This document shows, piece after piece, positions 26,701-39,189 of a stretch of DNA of 64,000 nt. The position numbers and the translations under genes are program-made. The stretch's first letter is position 1, and every line of letters starts with the position of its first letter. Below the pieces are notes generated by a model. It was not told the origin of the DNA. It did no database searches and saw only the letters and a program-made list of their open reading frames with translations. Source of the DNA: Monocercomonoides exilis PA203. Lineage: Eukaryota > Protista > Preaxostyla. The stretch is from the NCBI GenBank assembly GCA_001643675.2, contig LSRY02000049.1, forward strand, positions 626,790 to 690,789, written 5' to 3'.

Positions 26701-28104
26701 CGCACTCTTTGCTGCCACAATCAACTTTTTCAACAAATACTTTCTCAACAATGATGAATTCAATATCAATGTCTTCTGACAACATCCCTCACAGATTCGA
26801 ATCCCTAAACAACAACACTTCACAACATCAAAAAACAACAAAAACGCTTCCAATTAGACTCATTAACACTTCAAAATTACAGTTGTTCCAAAAAATGAAA
26901 GAAACAACAAACATAAAAATGTCTCGAAGCACATTTTACAAAAGAACTTCCCACCTGAAACGAGCGGCTCGGAGGACGGACTTGTGCAATCTTTGCGAAA
27001 AATACAATCATTTGAAAAAGAAAGAAGAATTCTTGAGAACGAAATCCGAACAGCTTTCAGAAAAAGACAAAGAGATATTGAAGGGAATAGAGGATCACAG
27101 AAAACTTGCAACGAACCAGCAACGTTATTATCGTCTAATGAAGGAAAATCTATCAATTGATGATGCACTCGTGCTTTTCGATTTCAAAGAAAATTGGTCC
27201 CTTCCTCTCAGGAGAAACCAGATCAGCAAGGACTATTACGACAAGTATGAGGTATCTCATCTCTGCATAATTGTCTATACAGTGGACAAAAACAAAAACA
27301 AGATGAAGCATATTTTCAACTTCTTTTCAAGCATTCTCTCACATGACTATCGTTTCGTTATTGAATGCCTGAACCAAGTGCTAAATAAACCTATGCTATC
27401 ACAAAAGAAAAACTTGCATTTTGTGTGTGATACAGGACCACACTTTAGGAATTTACAAGTAATGCATTTTCTTTTGTCTGATAATTCAGCAGTGGTTCAT
27501 GGAAAGTCTTCGACATTATCATTTTTCTGTGAAAAACACGGAAAATGTGAATGTGATGGAGAATTTGGATGCCTTACAAACACATTGAACATTCATCTGG
27601 ATAGTGAAACTGTTATAAAAAACATCGATGATCTCATCAAGTTTTTTGAAGAACGCCCTCATGAAAGTGTGATTCAGGAAAAATCAATGTCAAACAATTC
27701 TCACAAAATTATTCGTCATTTTCTCAAGTTTGTTATTTCTTGTGATTAGTATTATTTCTTATTAATAATGACAATTAATTTCTAAACTCTTTTTGCTTAT
27801 TCTTTATAGATATATTCCAACTAATAAAATTTTGTGGAAAAAATTGGAAATCAATTCGATAAAGACATTTCTGTTCTACGAGAAAAGAGGGAATAAAATA
27901 TATAGATCAGTTGCTTCGCCAGATAATTGTGAAGGATCTTTTTTGGTGAATTTCAAGGAAAAAAGAGTGAGAGATGAGAGAGTAAAAAAAATTTATCAAA
28001 AAAGTTCCGCCAATTTGGCAGAAGAGAGTGTTGGAAATTACACTGCAAAATTATTCAAAGAGAGAAGATTATTTGATAATAATTGTTTTTTTGATAAACA
28101 TTAA
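23767..28104 (+). CDS. Sola-like DDD transposase with an embedded USP/peptidase C19 domain; predicted 5 exons (23767-23944, 24010-24243, 24322-24420, 24511-27727, 27810-28104), ~1340 aa
   Basis: All four introns are GT-AG and splice in frame (4023 nt total). USP Cys box LLNKGNSCFLAATIQ, His box LIAVLFHKGEKENGHFF and WYLCND. Transposase motifs MSRSTFYK, TDLCNLC, LFDFKEN, HFVCDTGPHFRN, FFCEKHGKCECDGEFG. Confidence 0.8.
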
Positions 28105-28124
28105 GTTGCTTTTTAACTGTGTCT

Positions 28125-28383
28125 ATTCCTTAAGTAATTCTGAACAGTGAAGAGTTTTTTTGTGGTCTGTTGCTCAAGCTTTGTGCATTTGTTTATACCA
28201 AATGCTTCGAAGTACCTCACATTTTTTCCATTAAAGTGGAAAAAATTGGGGCTAGGCTGATTCCGTCCTGAAACTGTGCTGTGACCGGTCCAGCACAGTT
28301 TCTTGCAGGATTTGGGTCCAGAATCAGCCTCCCAGGACAGACGCTTCACATTCTTCTTTCCTATTTAGAATTACTTAAGAAAT
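28125..28383. repeat. ~260-bp nested inverted-repeat/hairpin element
   Basis: Outer IR 28125-28147/28361-28383 (20/23); inner stems aggctgattc/gaatcagcct (28254-63/28321-30) and gaaactgtgctg/cagcacagtttc (28270-81/28291-302) around gaccggtc. Confidence 0.75.
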
Positions 28384-28769
28384 TGATATTTTGTGTGTTT
28401 TTTTATTCAAATATGTCGACATATTTGTTTTTATGATCCAAGAAAATTTTAAATATTCATGTTTTAGATATGAAAAAAAGTTTCATTTCTTTTTAGAGTT
28501 TTTATATTAAAATAATTGGATATATTTTCTGCTCATTGAATGAAGAGACACTTTTATTTGTTGCTCAGTTTGTGAAATCACAAAAATTTATGTTTTTCAA
28601 CATGAAAAGGCAGGGGAATTGATGTGAAATGCGTTTCAACAATGACAAAAAAGCTAATATTTGAATTGTTGAACATCTTATTCAAGAATAATTCTGCATA
28701 TATTCAAGATGAAATCAATATACGTTGTGCTTCTCTGTCAAAGCGCAGATTGCATATTAATAGTTCTTT

Positions 28770-30310
28770 CAGGATTTCAGAGCATTATTAGTGAATGAAG
28801 TTGCGATAGGGGGATACACCTCGGATATGCATTTTGACGAAGAAGACCTGCTGAAGAGAATTGTGAAGTGCCAGAGCGAGACTGTGTTTGTGTCTTCGGC
28901 CAGGGACATTCATGATGACAGCAAGCAGTGCGGAGGACTGGATAAACCATGCAGCACGCTGAGCGAAGGGCTGCTGCACATCATTCCGTCATTGTTCTCT
29001 CAGCTGCTGATCTCCGGCTACACTGCCATCTTGAGCAGATGCAATGTGCTGAATTTCATCATCCGCTCGCTCGAATCACCTTCACCGGCACAGGTGTTCC
29101 TCAACTCAACAATCCCACATGGCAGCAGCATTATCGCAACCTCGGAGAAAGAACAGATCGAGAGGTTGTCGTTCTTCGTTGCTCTTCCTTTTCGTTTTCA
29201 GGAGGAGCACTCATCGGTGAGACAAACGTGCCACTTTATCTTTCGTCAGTCCATTTAGCATCTGAAGTGCCTTCAAGCAGCGTCCATCCCATTATCCTCA
29301 GCTCGTCTCTCCTGAGCATTGAAAGCGGACTTCTGCTCATCGATAATTGCACTGTATCGGAAATTTCATTTTAAGAACCAGTGTTCCAGCTGACTGGCTG
29401 AAGCAAGGTGTCCTTTGCAAAGGTGGATGCGAAGCAGGTTGAGCTGTTATCCAATCTGTTTGAAGTTGGAAAGTGTGAAAGTGGAGTGATTGATGATGCG
29501 GTGGTGGATGGAGTGAAGTATCACGATAGTTGCATTGTTACCACTTGCGAAGATATGTCTGGAGTTGTTTCCATTGGCAGTTCTTCCATCAGAAACTTCA
29601 GTCGTGATTTGTTGGGTGCATGCTTCCTTTCTGCATCTTTATCTTCTGCCTGGATAACCTGCAAACAATTTATGATGAAAATGCGAATCGCTGTTGAAAA
29701 AATGTGAACATTGTGGAGATCAGCATTGCATTTGATATTCAAAAGCACATGTGATTGTTTGTGGGGATTCAAGAAATTTCCAGCAGCGAAGAGAGTGTCG
29801 ACAAATGGAATAAATCGCTCATTCAGTTGTCACATGCAGCAGCGCTGATGAAGAACAAGACAAAATCGAATTTGTCATCAGGCGGATTGTCGTTGGCAGA
29901 GGGCAACATGATAATCGAGAAAGGCGAGTTAAATGACAACAGCCTTTCGATGCCAAAATACCCATCACTCCGCTAGAACATCTTCTTCTGAGAATCGGCT
30001 TTATTCACAATTGACAGCTTGAAAGGTGGAGACGGCTTCAAAAAAACGCTTCATTGTGGATCACAAGCTAAGATTGCAGTACTGATAGCAATGCACAGGA
30101 ATGACCTTCTCCGTTTTTCATTCCCCATCTGGAATCAGCACCTCCAGAAAAAACTGGGAGTGTGGCCAATATCAAATTCACGGGATCACTTTTCTTGGGA
30201 TGCGATCAATCTTTCAAATTGATATGTTCAACCAAAATTATAGAGTGATAAGAGCGGAATCCATTTGATGAAAATAGCTATTTTTCTTAAGCCGAAATTG
30301 TTGGAGCTGT
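28770..30310 (+). pseudogene. Decayed copy of a receptor-family gene (membrane-proximal ectodomain part)
   Basis: VFVSSARDIHDDSKQCGGLDKPCSTL, SSGGLSLAEGNMIIEKGE, PKYPSLR and SLKGGDG are colinear with the 57.9-59.2 kb part of the full-length gene; many frameshifts and stops. Confidence 0.75.
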
Positions 30311-31119
30311 ATCATATTTATTTATTGCATTTCTTTTTCGATTTCCATTTCCACTAAATAATCAACCAAATAATTAAATGAATTGTCACCGATTGTTGAG
30401 AAATAAAAAACTATTCGAACTTTCTTGCTCGCATAAAAAATAATAATCCTTTCAGTCATTATTTCTCACATTTGTTTCAAGATTCGAAATTCTTCAAATA
30501 AGAAAATTGAAGTTCCATATTAATCATTTTTTTTTTTGAAGTGACAATCTGTTCAAAAAAAGAAATGAATAAACATATTTAAAGTATTCATAATTAAATA
30601 GATAGGAAAAAAGTCATTCATCTTTAAAACTTCGTTCGATAAGATGCTATTTGCTCTGTGAAAGTTTCTGTATATCAAAAAAATTCATTTTTCAAAAGAA
30701 AAGAAGAAATCATAGATTTGTATCATTTTTATTTGATTTGGCTTATATTATCAATATATATTATCTTAAATATTACAAATAAAAAAACATGATTGAATTT
30801 AATACCTTCAACACATTTAAAAAAACACATTTCTTTATCAAAGCATGTGCAGAATAAAATTATGGTGTTGATGATCTTGTTGATTTACTGAACAATTAAA
30901 TCACAGTTTTAGAGATTCTTTTATATAAATTCATAATCGAGATATAAATGTGACAGTTTTTATGGATTCGAAAATGAAGTTTTTTAAGATATTTTCGAAT
31001 TATTTTTTCACCCCGAAAAAAAGTATGTTTTCGAAAAGAATCACCCATATATTTATTTATGTTAATTCAAAGAAAAGAAATCAGGAAGTGGAGTCAAATG
31101 TTGAAAAACTTTTCAATTG

Positions 31120-31168
31120 ATTGGACATTCCCGGGTTTTGTCCCTTTCCCGGGTTTTGTCCATGACTT
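31120..31168 (-). repeat. Right arm of the 49-bp inverted repeat
   Basis: attggacattcccgggttttgtccctttcccgggttttgtccatgactt is the reverse complement of 10417-10465 at 44/49. Confidence 0.85.
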
Positions 31169-31520
31169 GACATCAAACAAAACAATTTTTATTTCGATTT
31201 GGAAAATCGTGACTCAAAAAGTTGCAATTACGCAAAACAAACTCAGAAATTTCTTCAAAACTTTCTTTTCTTTTCATTTAATACATGACCTAAAAAAAAC
31301 GCTCCTTTTAACATAAAATTTTGCAAAAACAAGAAAGAAAAGATATTCCAATCTTCAAGATCGAATTATCAACAAAATTGTTGTTACATTATATTTTAAT
31401 AAATATATAATTAATTAATTCAAATTAAATCACTTTTTAACATTTTTGAAGTCATAAAAATTACTAAAGTAAGGGTTTTGCAAGATCTTTTTTCTTTGTT
31501 TTGTTTGCCCAATAACTGAA

Positions 31521-33477
31521 ATGGAGATCTCTTCGCAAATAGCCAATCCCGTTGTCCTTTCGCTGTCTGAAGAAGAAATTAAACGAGTATTAAATACTCC
31601 AATTGATTGGAAAGCAAGTGTTTCAGATGGGATTTTATCTCCTGCTGTGATTGACATTCTCTCAAAATTCGATCTTGGAGAATTCAAATCTGTATTCTAT
31701 TTATTTTTTTTTCAACCGGCAGATTAAAGTTTTACATTATATACGTTTAGAATCCAAAAGCATGGTTTGGTGCGATTTTCGAAGGCTTAAACAAGATTTC
31801 CCAAACGGAATATCTCAGATATTTATTAACTATACTTGAGACTGCATTAGAAGGTTTGATGCACAAGTTTATAATAAAATAATATTACATTTACATTTGA
31901 CATTTCATCGTTTTTTATTTCTTTGAAGATGACAAGGATTACAGCACCTTGATGATTGAACTCGGAGCGTCCGAGCAATCTGGAGTTTCATTTCAAACAC
32001 TGTATTCCTTTTTGGATCGAAACGATTTATATATCCAAGCAAGAGCAGCGGCAATCCTTTGCATTGTGCTTCGTAATTCTTCATCACCTCCATCGGCCAT
32101 TCTTGATCCATTTCTTCATCACATCAGAAATGTATTGAAGAAGACAGACAATGATAATTCATTAACGTTGTGCCTTCACGCACTTGGACAACTTCTTAGA
32201 AATCTGAAGATTCGTTATTTGTTTATAAAATCATCAGGATTGGAATATTTGGTTCCACTGCTAACAGCCAAAAGTCAAAATTTACAAATTTTATATGAGG
32301 CGTTGTATTGCTTATGGCTATGCTCATTTTCCTCGCAATATGTTCCAAACTTAAGAGAGTCCTCATTATTGTATGACTCGATGACTTCATCATCTTCTCT
32401 TCCTGCTTCTAGCTCTTCGTCTGCGGTATATGACATTTCAGATAACTCCAAGTCGAACGTCAATCCTCTTTTATCCGGACATCTTCTCTTGATGCCTGCA
32501 CTTGTGCAAATCTTGAAATTCCACACAAAAGATAAGATTATCCGTATGTCACTCGCAATAATTCGGAATCTACTCAGCGGAAAGGGTGTTGAATCAGAAT
32601 CAGATGCGACATCTGCAATGGCATCTTCAATGGCTGGCCAGCAGCTTATTGAAGCTGGATGCGTTAAGGCATTACACATTCTCCTCTCCAAGCAATGGAG
32701 AGACGATGAACTGAAGAACGATCTCCAGTGGGTGGCTGACACACTCAACAAGAAAGAAGATCAGATGTGCTCAATGGAGGCATACGCCGCAGAATTGAAA
32801 TCTGGCCGCCTCACATGGTCACCACCACACGTCTCGGAGAAATTCTGGAAGGAGAATTATTCCAGATTTGATTCGGAGAATTTCCAGATGGTGAGAGATT
32901 TAGCGACTTTGCTGTTTTCTCAAGATCCAGTCACTTTGGCTGTTGTTTGCAGAGATATTGGAAACTTTGCAGTGTTTCACCCACGTGGAAGAGCGTATGC
33001 GTTTTTGGAGAACATATTTTTTTTTTTTCGGGAAAGAAAAAGAAAGAAAAGAAGAGATTATGCATTTTAACTTTTCTGAATTAACACATTTATTCACTTG
33101 TGCTTAACACAAAAAACATTTCAATTAAACACCATTTTTCAATATTTTATCGCTTTTCATTATTTAATATATCCTATTTATTTTATTTCCCCCCATACAA
33201 ACGCAGTTTAATCGAGAGCTACAACATCAAATCACGTATATTGGAGCTGATGTCTGCCGAAGACCAGACAGTGCAGCGGGAGGCTCTGCTGTGCATCCAG
33301 AAGATTCTGACTCAGAAGTGGGGTGTTCTCCAATCGATGGGCTCCTCCTTTGCTTCCTCGCCTGTTCCTTCCTCTTCACCCGCTGTTGGCTCTGCTTCCT
33401 CCTCTTCTGCTTCTTCGTCTGCCCATTCAGCTTCTGGTGCCATGAAAAACCCGCTTGCTTCTCCATCTCCCGTTTGA
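31521..33477 (+). CDS. ATP6V1H: V-type proton ATPase subunit H; exons ~31521-31691, 31751-31853, 31929-32994, 33207-33477
   Basis: KDKIIRMSLAIIRNLL, SGRLTWSPPHVSEKFWKEN, DPVTLAVVCRDIGNFAVFHPRGR and ILELMSAEDQTVQREALLCIQKIL are hallmark VMA13/ATP6V1H motifs; three GT-AG introns splice in frame. Confidence 0.93.
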
Positions 33478-34465
33478 GTTGTAGCCAGCTGATAGGAAAA
33501 AGGAGTAGAGTATGTGGAAGAGACTTGTTATAAACAAGAGAATTATGGCGAACAGGATTTTTTTGAATGCTCTTGTTACATTCATCCATCTTTTTTTCTT
33601 CTTCACTTCTTTCTCACATTCCATAAACTATTCTCTATTCAAATATGCTAAAATTTATTTAATTCAAAGCAAAGATGCAAATTCATTCTTTTTGACGTTG
33701 TATCTGATTCCATCAAAATACATCATAAAAATGCTAAAAAGCTTTTGTGTTCTTTACATAAAGCTTATTATTACAGTTTATTTGCTCTTAAAAACTTAAT
33801 CCTTATATTGATGATTGAAGAGCATGAATATATTGTGTGCATCTGCAACAAATAAAAAATTGTATTTTTTGTAAAGTTGCGTTTATAAAAAAATAAAATT
33901 TTGGCCAAGGATTAGTCACAATGGAAAAAAATTTATTAATTTAAACAGCATTTTTAAGTATAAGAAGATGAAAATACACAAAAATGTCAAGGAAAAAACT
34001 TCAGTTTGAAGTCACATAAAATCTTACAGAAGTCATCTTACACAAACGTTGAAAAAAAAAAGACACAAGTAAAATTATCCACGTTTGATCTTATAAACTT
34101 ATAAAAACCATTGCAACAATAAAACTTGGATAACGTGTTTGTGAAATGTTATAAAAATGTACTAAAGTTACAAAAAGAATTGTCATCGAAATGCTGAAAA
34201 GAAAGAAAGAAAGAAAGAAAGAAAATAAGAATATATTAAAAATTTCCTCAATAACTAAAAACTATATAAACGAGGTGTTGTTTTCACTATAACTAAATAC
34301 TCTTTAGACAATTCTTAATTTTTAGCACAAACAACAAGGGAACATAAATATCTGTAGGTTAAAAGAAATAATTGAAAGCTAAGGTTGTCATCATAATCAT
34401 GAAGCCTTTGTAAAGTTAAGGTCAATTGAACGGCTTCTGAAAACTCAATATAACAGCTAAATCAT

Positions 34466-34504
<39 letters not shown>
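34466..34504. repeat. Poly(A) tract (~39 nt); a similar tract lies at 47661-47692 and (GAAA)6 at 34201-34224
   Basis: Directly visible. Confidence 0.85.
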
Positions 34505-34506
<2 letters not shown>

Positions 34507-34868
34507 AGTCACAAGTGAAATCTGTGCAATTAACGAGCAATACCAAAGAGAATCAAAGTTGCAAAACGAATAATATTTTTTGTCAATAAACATATGCACC
34601 AGTTATAAAAATGCAATTATTATTAAAAATAAAGCAATATCACTGAGATTGAGGCAGTATATGCACCGTTTTGAATATTTGCTCATTTATACTTATAAAT
34701 ATCAGTACCACTATTAGTACTTTCTTCATCAAATTTATCAACAAAAACACATCTTACAATCTTTGACGAGCAAGACACTACATATATTTTATCTCCCACA
34801 AAGAATAACGGACACTTTCCAAAAGGATTAAAAACAGCAGAATTTCAAATATATATGCCTCTTTGCAA

Positions 34869-37297
34869 CTACTTCAGCACATCCGCTCCTTCTTTGTCAC
34901 CATCAAGTGTTTGCGGAGCAGAAGCGATAATTGGCTGCATTCCTTGAACATTGTTCTGAACTTGTCCTTCATACAAAGGTGGAATTTGCTCATTAGAATC
35001 AAGTTGAACAGGAAATGCAGGCGGATAAGGAGGTGGTTGAGGATATTGCTGTTCGTATCCTTGGGCTGGAAGCGCATAAATTGGATCAACAACCAGAGGA
35101 GGGTACTGAATGATAGGCGGTTGTGCTGCATATGCCAAATCGGTCCCAGCCTGTGGCTGCAACGAGGACAATGCTGGTTGAGAAGCTATCTGAAGCTGAG
35201 CAACATTGCCATTCTGCTCTTGTCTTCTTTGATTTGGTTGAACACTGCTCAACACAACAGGCTGCGGAGGCTCGGCCCAATAAGTAAGATTAAAATCTGG
35301 GTTTTTGTCGTGATATTCCGAAGCCATCGAATAGCCTTCTCTTGCAGCTTTTGACATATGCTTTTCCAGTTTTTTTGATGGAAACGGCTGATATTCTGGT
35401 GTGCTCAAAGTCATCTCCTCGTCCAACAGAAAAGAGACATACAGCGTCTCTACGCCATATCTGAATGTGCTAAACATGACATGTGTAACGACTCCTATAA
35501 ATAGAAATCCCATCACTAAGATAACAACCCAGCTATAATATGGAATGAAGTTATTTCCTGAAGTCACGTTTGAAGGATTGAATATATCGGGCCTCACAAC
35601 CAGGATGAGCAACACAAACGAAAACACATCGATGAAGAACTCCGCAATGCCAAAGACGAATGACAAAACTCGATCCAAAACTAACGTCTGCAGCAGATTA
35701 CGAAGCTTCAGCAATATCGTCTGCTTGCCTGCCTCCCAAAAGGGAAGGCCTTTTATCGACACTAATGTGTATGCGCCCGATGAAAAGTACTCAAAATACC
35801 TTGAGGCACACTGCAGAACACACGAAATGCATACGCAAAGAAACTGAACGACAGAACTTCCTGCGCTACGACTGCAGCTTGATGCAATTTCAGAGAGCAC
35901 ACGAAGTATTGTTGCAAGTACAATCAATCCCGAACCGAAGGCGATTGAACCAGTGTGATAGCGGAAAGTGCGTTTGACAGCGTTGAATACAGGCCAAGAC
36001 GCAAGTTCTGCTTTGTTGTGTAAGAAATACCAAGACGCAACAGAACCTGAAACGACCATCTGATTCGATCCGATAACAAACATGGCCATCCAAATCCAAG
36101 CAATAATTAGGAATATGAAAATCACCACTCCATATGAAGGCACATAAATTTCATAACTCATTGAATTGTTCGAATAGTTTATCTGAAATGACGACAGAAA
36201 ATCCATAACACACAACACAAAAAGATAAGTTATTCCCCCGATTGCCACAACAGCAACCACCGATACGCCAAAAACACATGGCATAGCTTTCAAAGCAATG
36301 CCCGCCTCTTCAGTAAGCTGCACAACAAGAGCAATACGGCGGCGACAACTGTACAAACAGAAGAGGAATATCAAGCCGATGACAAACATTATGAACCCCG
36401 CGAACACCATCAATTTAAAAGCAGATAACTCACGGTTAGAAGAACTGTAATATAGAAATAATCCAGCAATTCCACAAATCAGACCAAAAATAGGTAGAAT
36501 GCTGAGTGCAAATCCGATACAACAATACATCACTTTCTTAGTGCATAGACACATGCAGAATAGCCAAATTAAGCTTAATGCAATTGAAATCACTCCGCCA
36601 ATTGCAATCATCCATATCGATTTACTGAAATCTTCAACAAAATTGGTAATCTGTTTAACAGATTGAGGAGAATTAGGATAACTTAATAGGCAACGCCCTC
36701 TAAAGCTTTGATATGTTGATTGAGAAATAGTGCAATTGTTTGAAGACGAACAGTTATCTGATGAGACGCTTGTTTCTTTATGTAAGCAAATACAATCACC
36801 TTTAGAAGGACACCTCGAAATACACCAGCTGTCGTGGATATCCGGTGTATTTATAATGAGCAAATTCGGCTTATTTGAGTACTTTGTTCCAGGCTTCCCA
36901 CAAATATTCCCGCTTCATTATTGAGATTATTTTTTTTTATTCAAACAAAAAAGTCAATTGCACGTACAATTGAATCAAAATTCATAAACATTAAAATTTT
37001 CATTTTCAAAATTTACAAAATTATAACAAACAGGCTGTCAATTGGTTCAAGAAAATTCTCGAGATTTGATGCGGTAATCGAATAAATTAAAAGCGCAGCA
37101 AATAAAACAACAATGCAAATAAATGTTAACAAGCAAGGAATATCGTTGCATTTTGTTCTATTTTGACGAAAATTAAGCTTTCCATTAACAATTGGCAAAC
37201 TATTTTCTCGAGTGCCGTAGTCTTTAAAAATACAAATATTAGCAAAGTCACATTATAAAAATAGCATACCGTCAAATAAGCAAACAGCAGCTAACAT
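34869..37297 (-). CDS. Choline transporter-like protein (CTL/SLC44/PNS1 family), multi-exon
   Basis: About 10 TM segments; RTFRYHTGSIAFGS, VSGSVASWYF and AYTLVSIKGLPFWEAGK; upstream exon with RTKCNDIPCLLTF...EPIDS spliced to GNICG; start ATG at 37297 is tentative. Confidence 0.88.
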
Positions 37298-38088
37298 TTT
37301 AACGTTTAATTTATCTTCAAAAACAAAGAGATCAAGAAATTCTTTTATATCCTGATCTAACCTTAATTATATTTAATGGACGTCTTCGGTTTGTTCTTTA
37401 ACTCGATTTGGCTATTTAATGCGATGATAATTCTGTTAAATAAAAATAATTAATTTGCATTTAGACGCTTCACTTGAAGGACCTCGTAGACTTCAATTTT
37501 ACTTGTCTCATGTGTCATATTGCCTTCCTGGTTTGTTCTGATAGTATTGTGAGAAATAACATGGAGCTTTGCTAAAATACATCATTTTTAGATTTGCAAC
37601 TTGACAGTTCACTTTTAGATTTTTCAACTGAGCCAACAGAAGCAACAGCTGCAAAGATTGTGAAAGCTTGCAGAGTTTACTCACCCGAAACATTCTATGG
37701 AAAGGTACTCAGCACACATTTTTCCCAGTGAAGAAATTATTATTATTTTAATGTATCAATACGCTTAGATTTTATTTGAGAAGCCGAATGATGATCCTTG
37801 GCTGCAAGGTCGTTCCTCACAAGTTTATGATATTGAAACTGCATTAAGTTTCACTGACGAGCGAAGAATCACAATTGGAAGTTTGATGATTTTTTGTTAC
37901 ATTTATAAACTTAAAAATTTTTCTTTTTTAAAGCGAGGAGAGTACATATTCATAATGTTGTTGTTCATACTGCAGAATGGATAACATCCTGGTATATAGA
38001 ACCATTGAATTCCGAAGCATGGAGAGCAGGCATGTGCTAGTTATTTTTTAATCCATTAAGCGGACTAATTCTATTAATTTCAGATGAA

Positions 38089-39154
38089 TTGGCTGCAAAT
38101 GCCACTCAACAGGTCCAGTTTAATCCTCCAGCATCAACTTTTGCCGAGCTGGATGAGTATCAAGGCTTAGGCCTGGACGCAAATTCGCAAGAATCAGGAA
38201 TCGACTCGCGCTCATCTGTGATGACTGAGACGTCAATGCTCAGCAAAGCACCGACGACTCGTACAGGCACAGGCACAAATACTTTGCCTTCGACAATAAC
38301 AACTGGAACGCGCCCGCTCACTGCCACTCTGGCGTCGACGCAGATGGTGAAGCCGAAGGAGGCAACGGCAACTATTACTACAACCACAGCAGCAGGAGCA
38401 GCAGCAGGGGCGGCGGTGGGTGCAGCAGCAGCGGCAGCAGGAGGCAAAGAGGGTGCTGCTGGCGAGAAAGCAGAAGAAGGAGAAAAAGGGAAATCAGTGA
38501 AAGACCCACCAGAAGATGAGAAGAAGAAGAAAGAAGAAGAAGACAAGAAGAAAGAAAACGAGAAGAAAGGCGGAAAGAATGAGAAAAGAGGGGATAAAAA
38601 GGATGTCAAAGGGAAAGGGAAAGGGAAAGGGAAAAAGGGAGCAGAATCGTCTTCGTCTGAAAGCGAAAGTTCATCCAGCAGCGAATACAGCAGCTCCAGC
38701 AGCTACAGCTCTTCTTACTCGTCTGAAGAAGACTTGAAGAAAAGAAAGCGCAAAAAGAGCGGAAAGCTCGGAATCTTGCAACAAGATGATCTCTTTAGAC
38801 GTTTGTCTTTGTCACTTCACCAAAATAAAGTTTTTTTTTTTTATAAATTTTCTTTTGATATATATATTTTATGTGCATTCTTCATTCCTTGTTCTATTAT
38901 TAATTTTTTTCCCGTGACTTTTTTTGTTTGTTTCCAATTGAAAATACTATCAGCATCCGATTTCTTTTCGGCCATGCTCTTCTACATCATGCTGTTTGTT
39001 GCAGGGGTTGTTGCTGCGCTGAGCATCACTTCTGCTTTGACAGGCACAGAAACGATGGATCAGCTGTCAAACTTCTTCAATTCTATGCAATGGGTCACGT
39101 GTGCTCTGCTGCTTACAGCTGTATTTTTGATCTGGTCTATATCGTATGTGTTGC

Positions 39155-39189
<35 letters not shown>

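Noticed and set aside
26850-28104. C-terminal domain as a Fanzor/TnpB RuvC nuclease with a downstream omega-RNA
   Set aside because: The motifs fit a DDD transposase; no RuvC-type D...E...zinc finger...D arrangement is seen
28245-28340. Hairpin as SRP RNA, tRNA or snRNA
   Set aside because: No SRP helix-8 motif, cloverleaf or clear Sm-site context recognised; left as an unassigned structure
34466-34504. Poly(A) tracts as retroposon tails
   Set aside because: No TSD or upstream SINE/LINE body is evident
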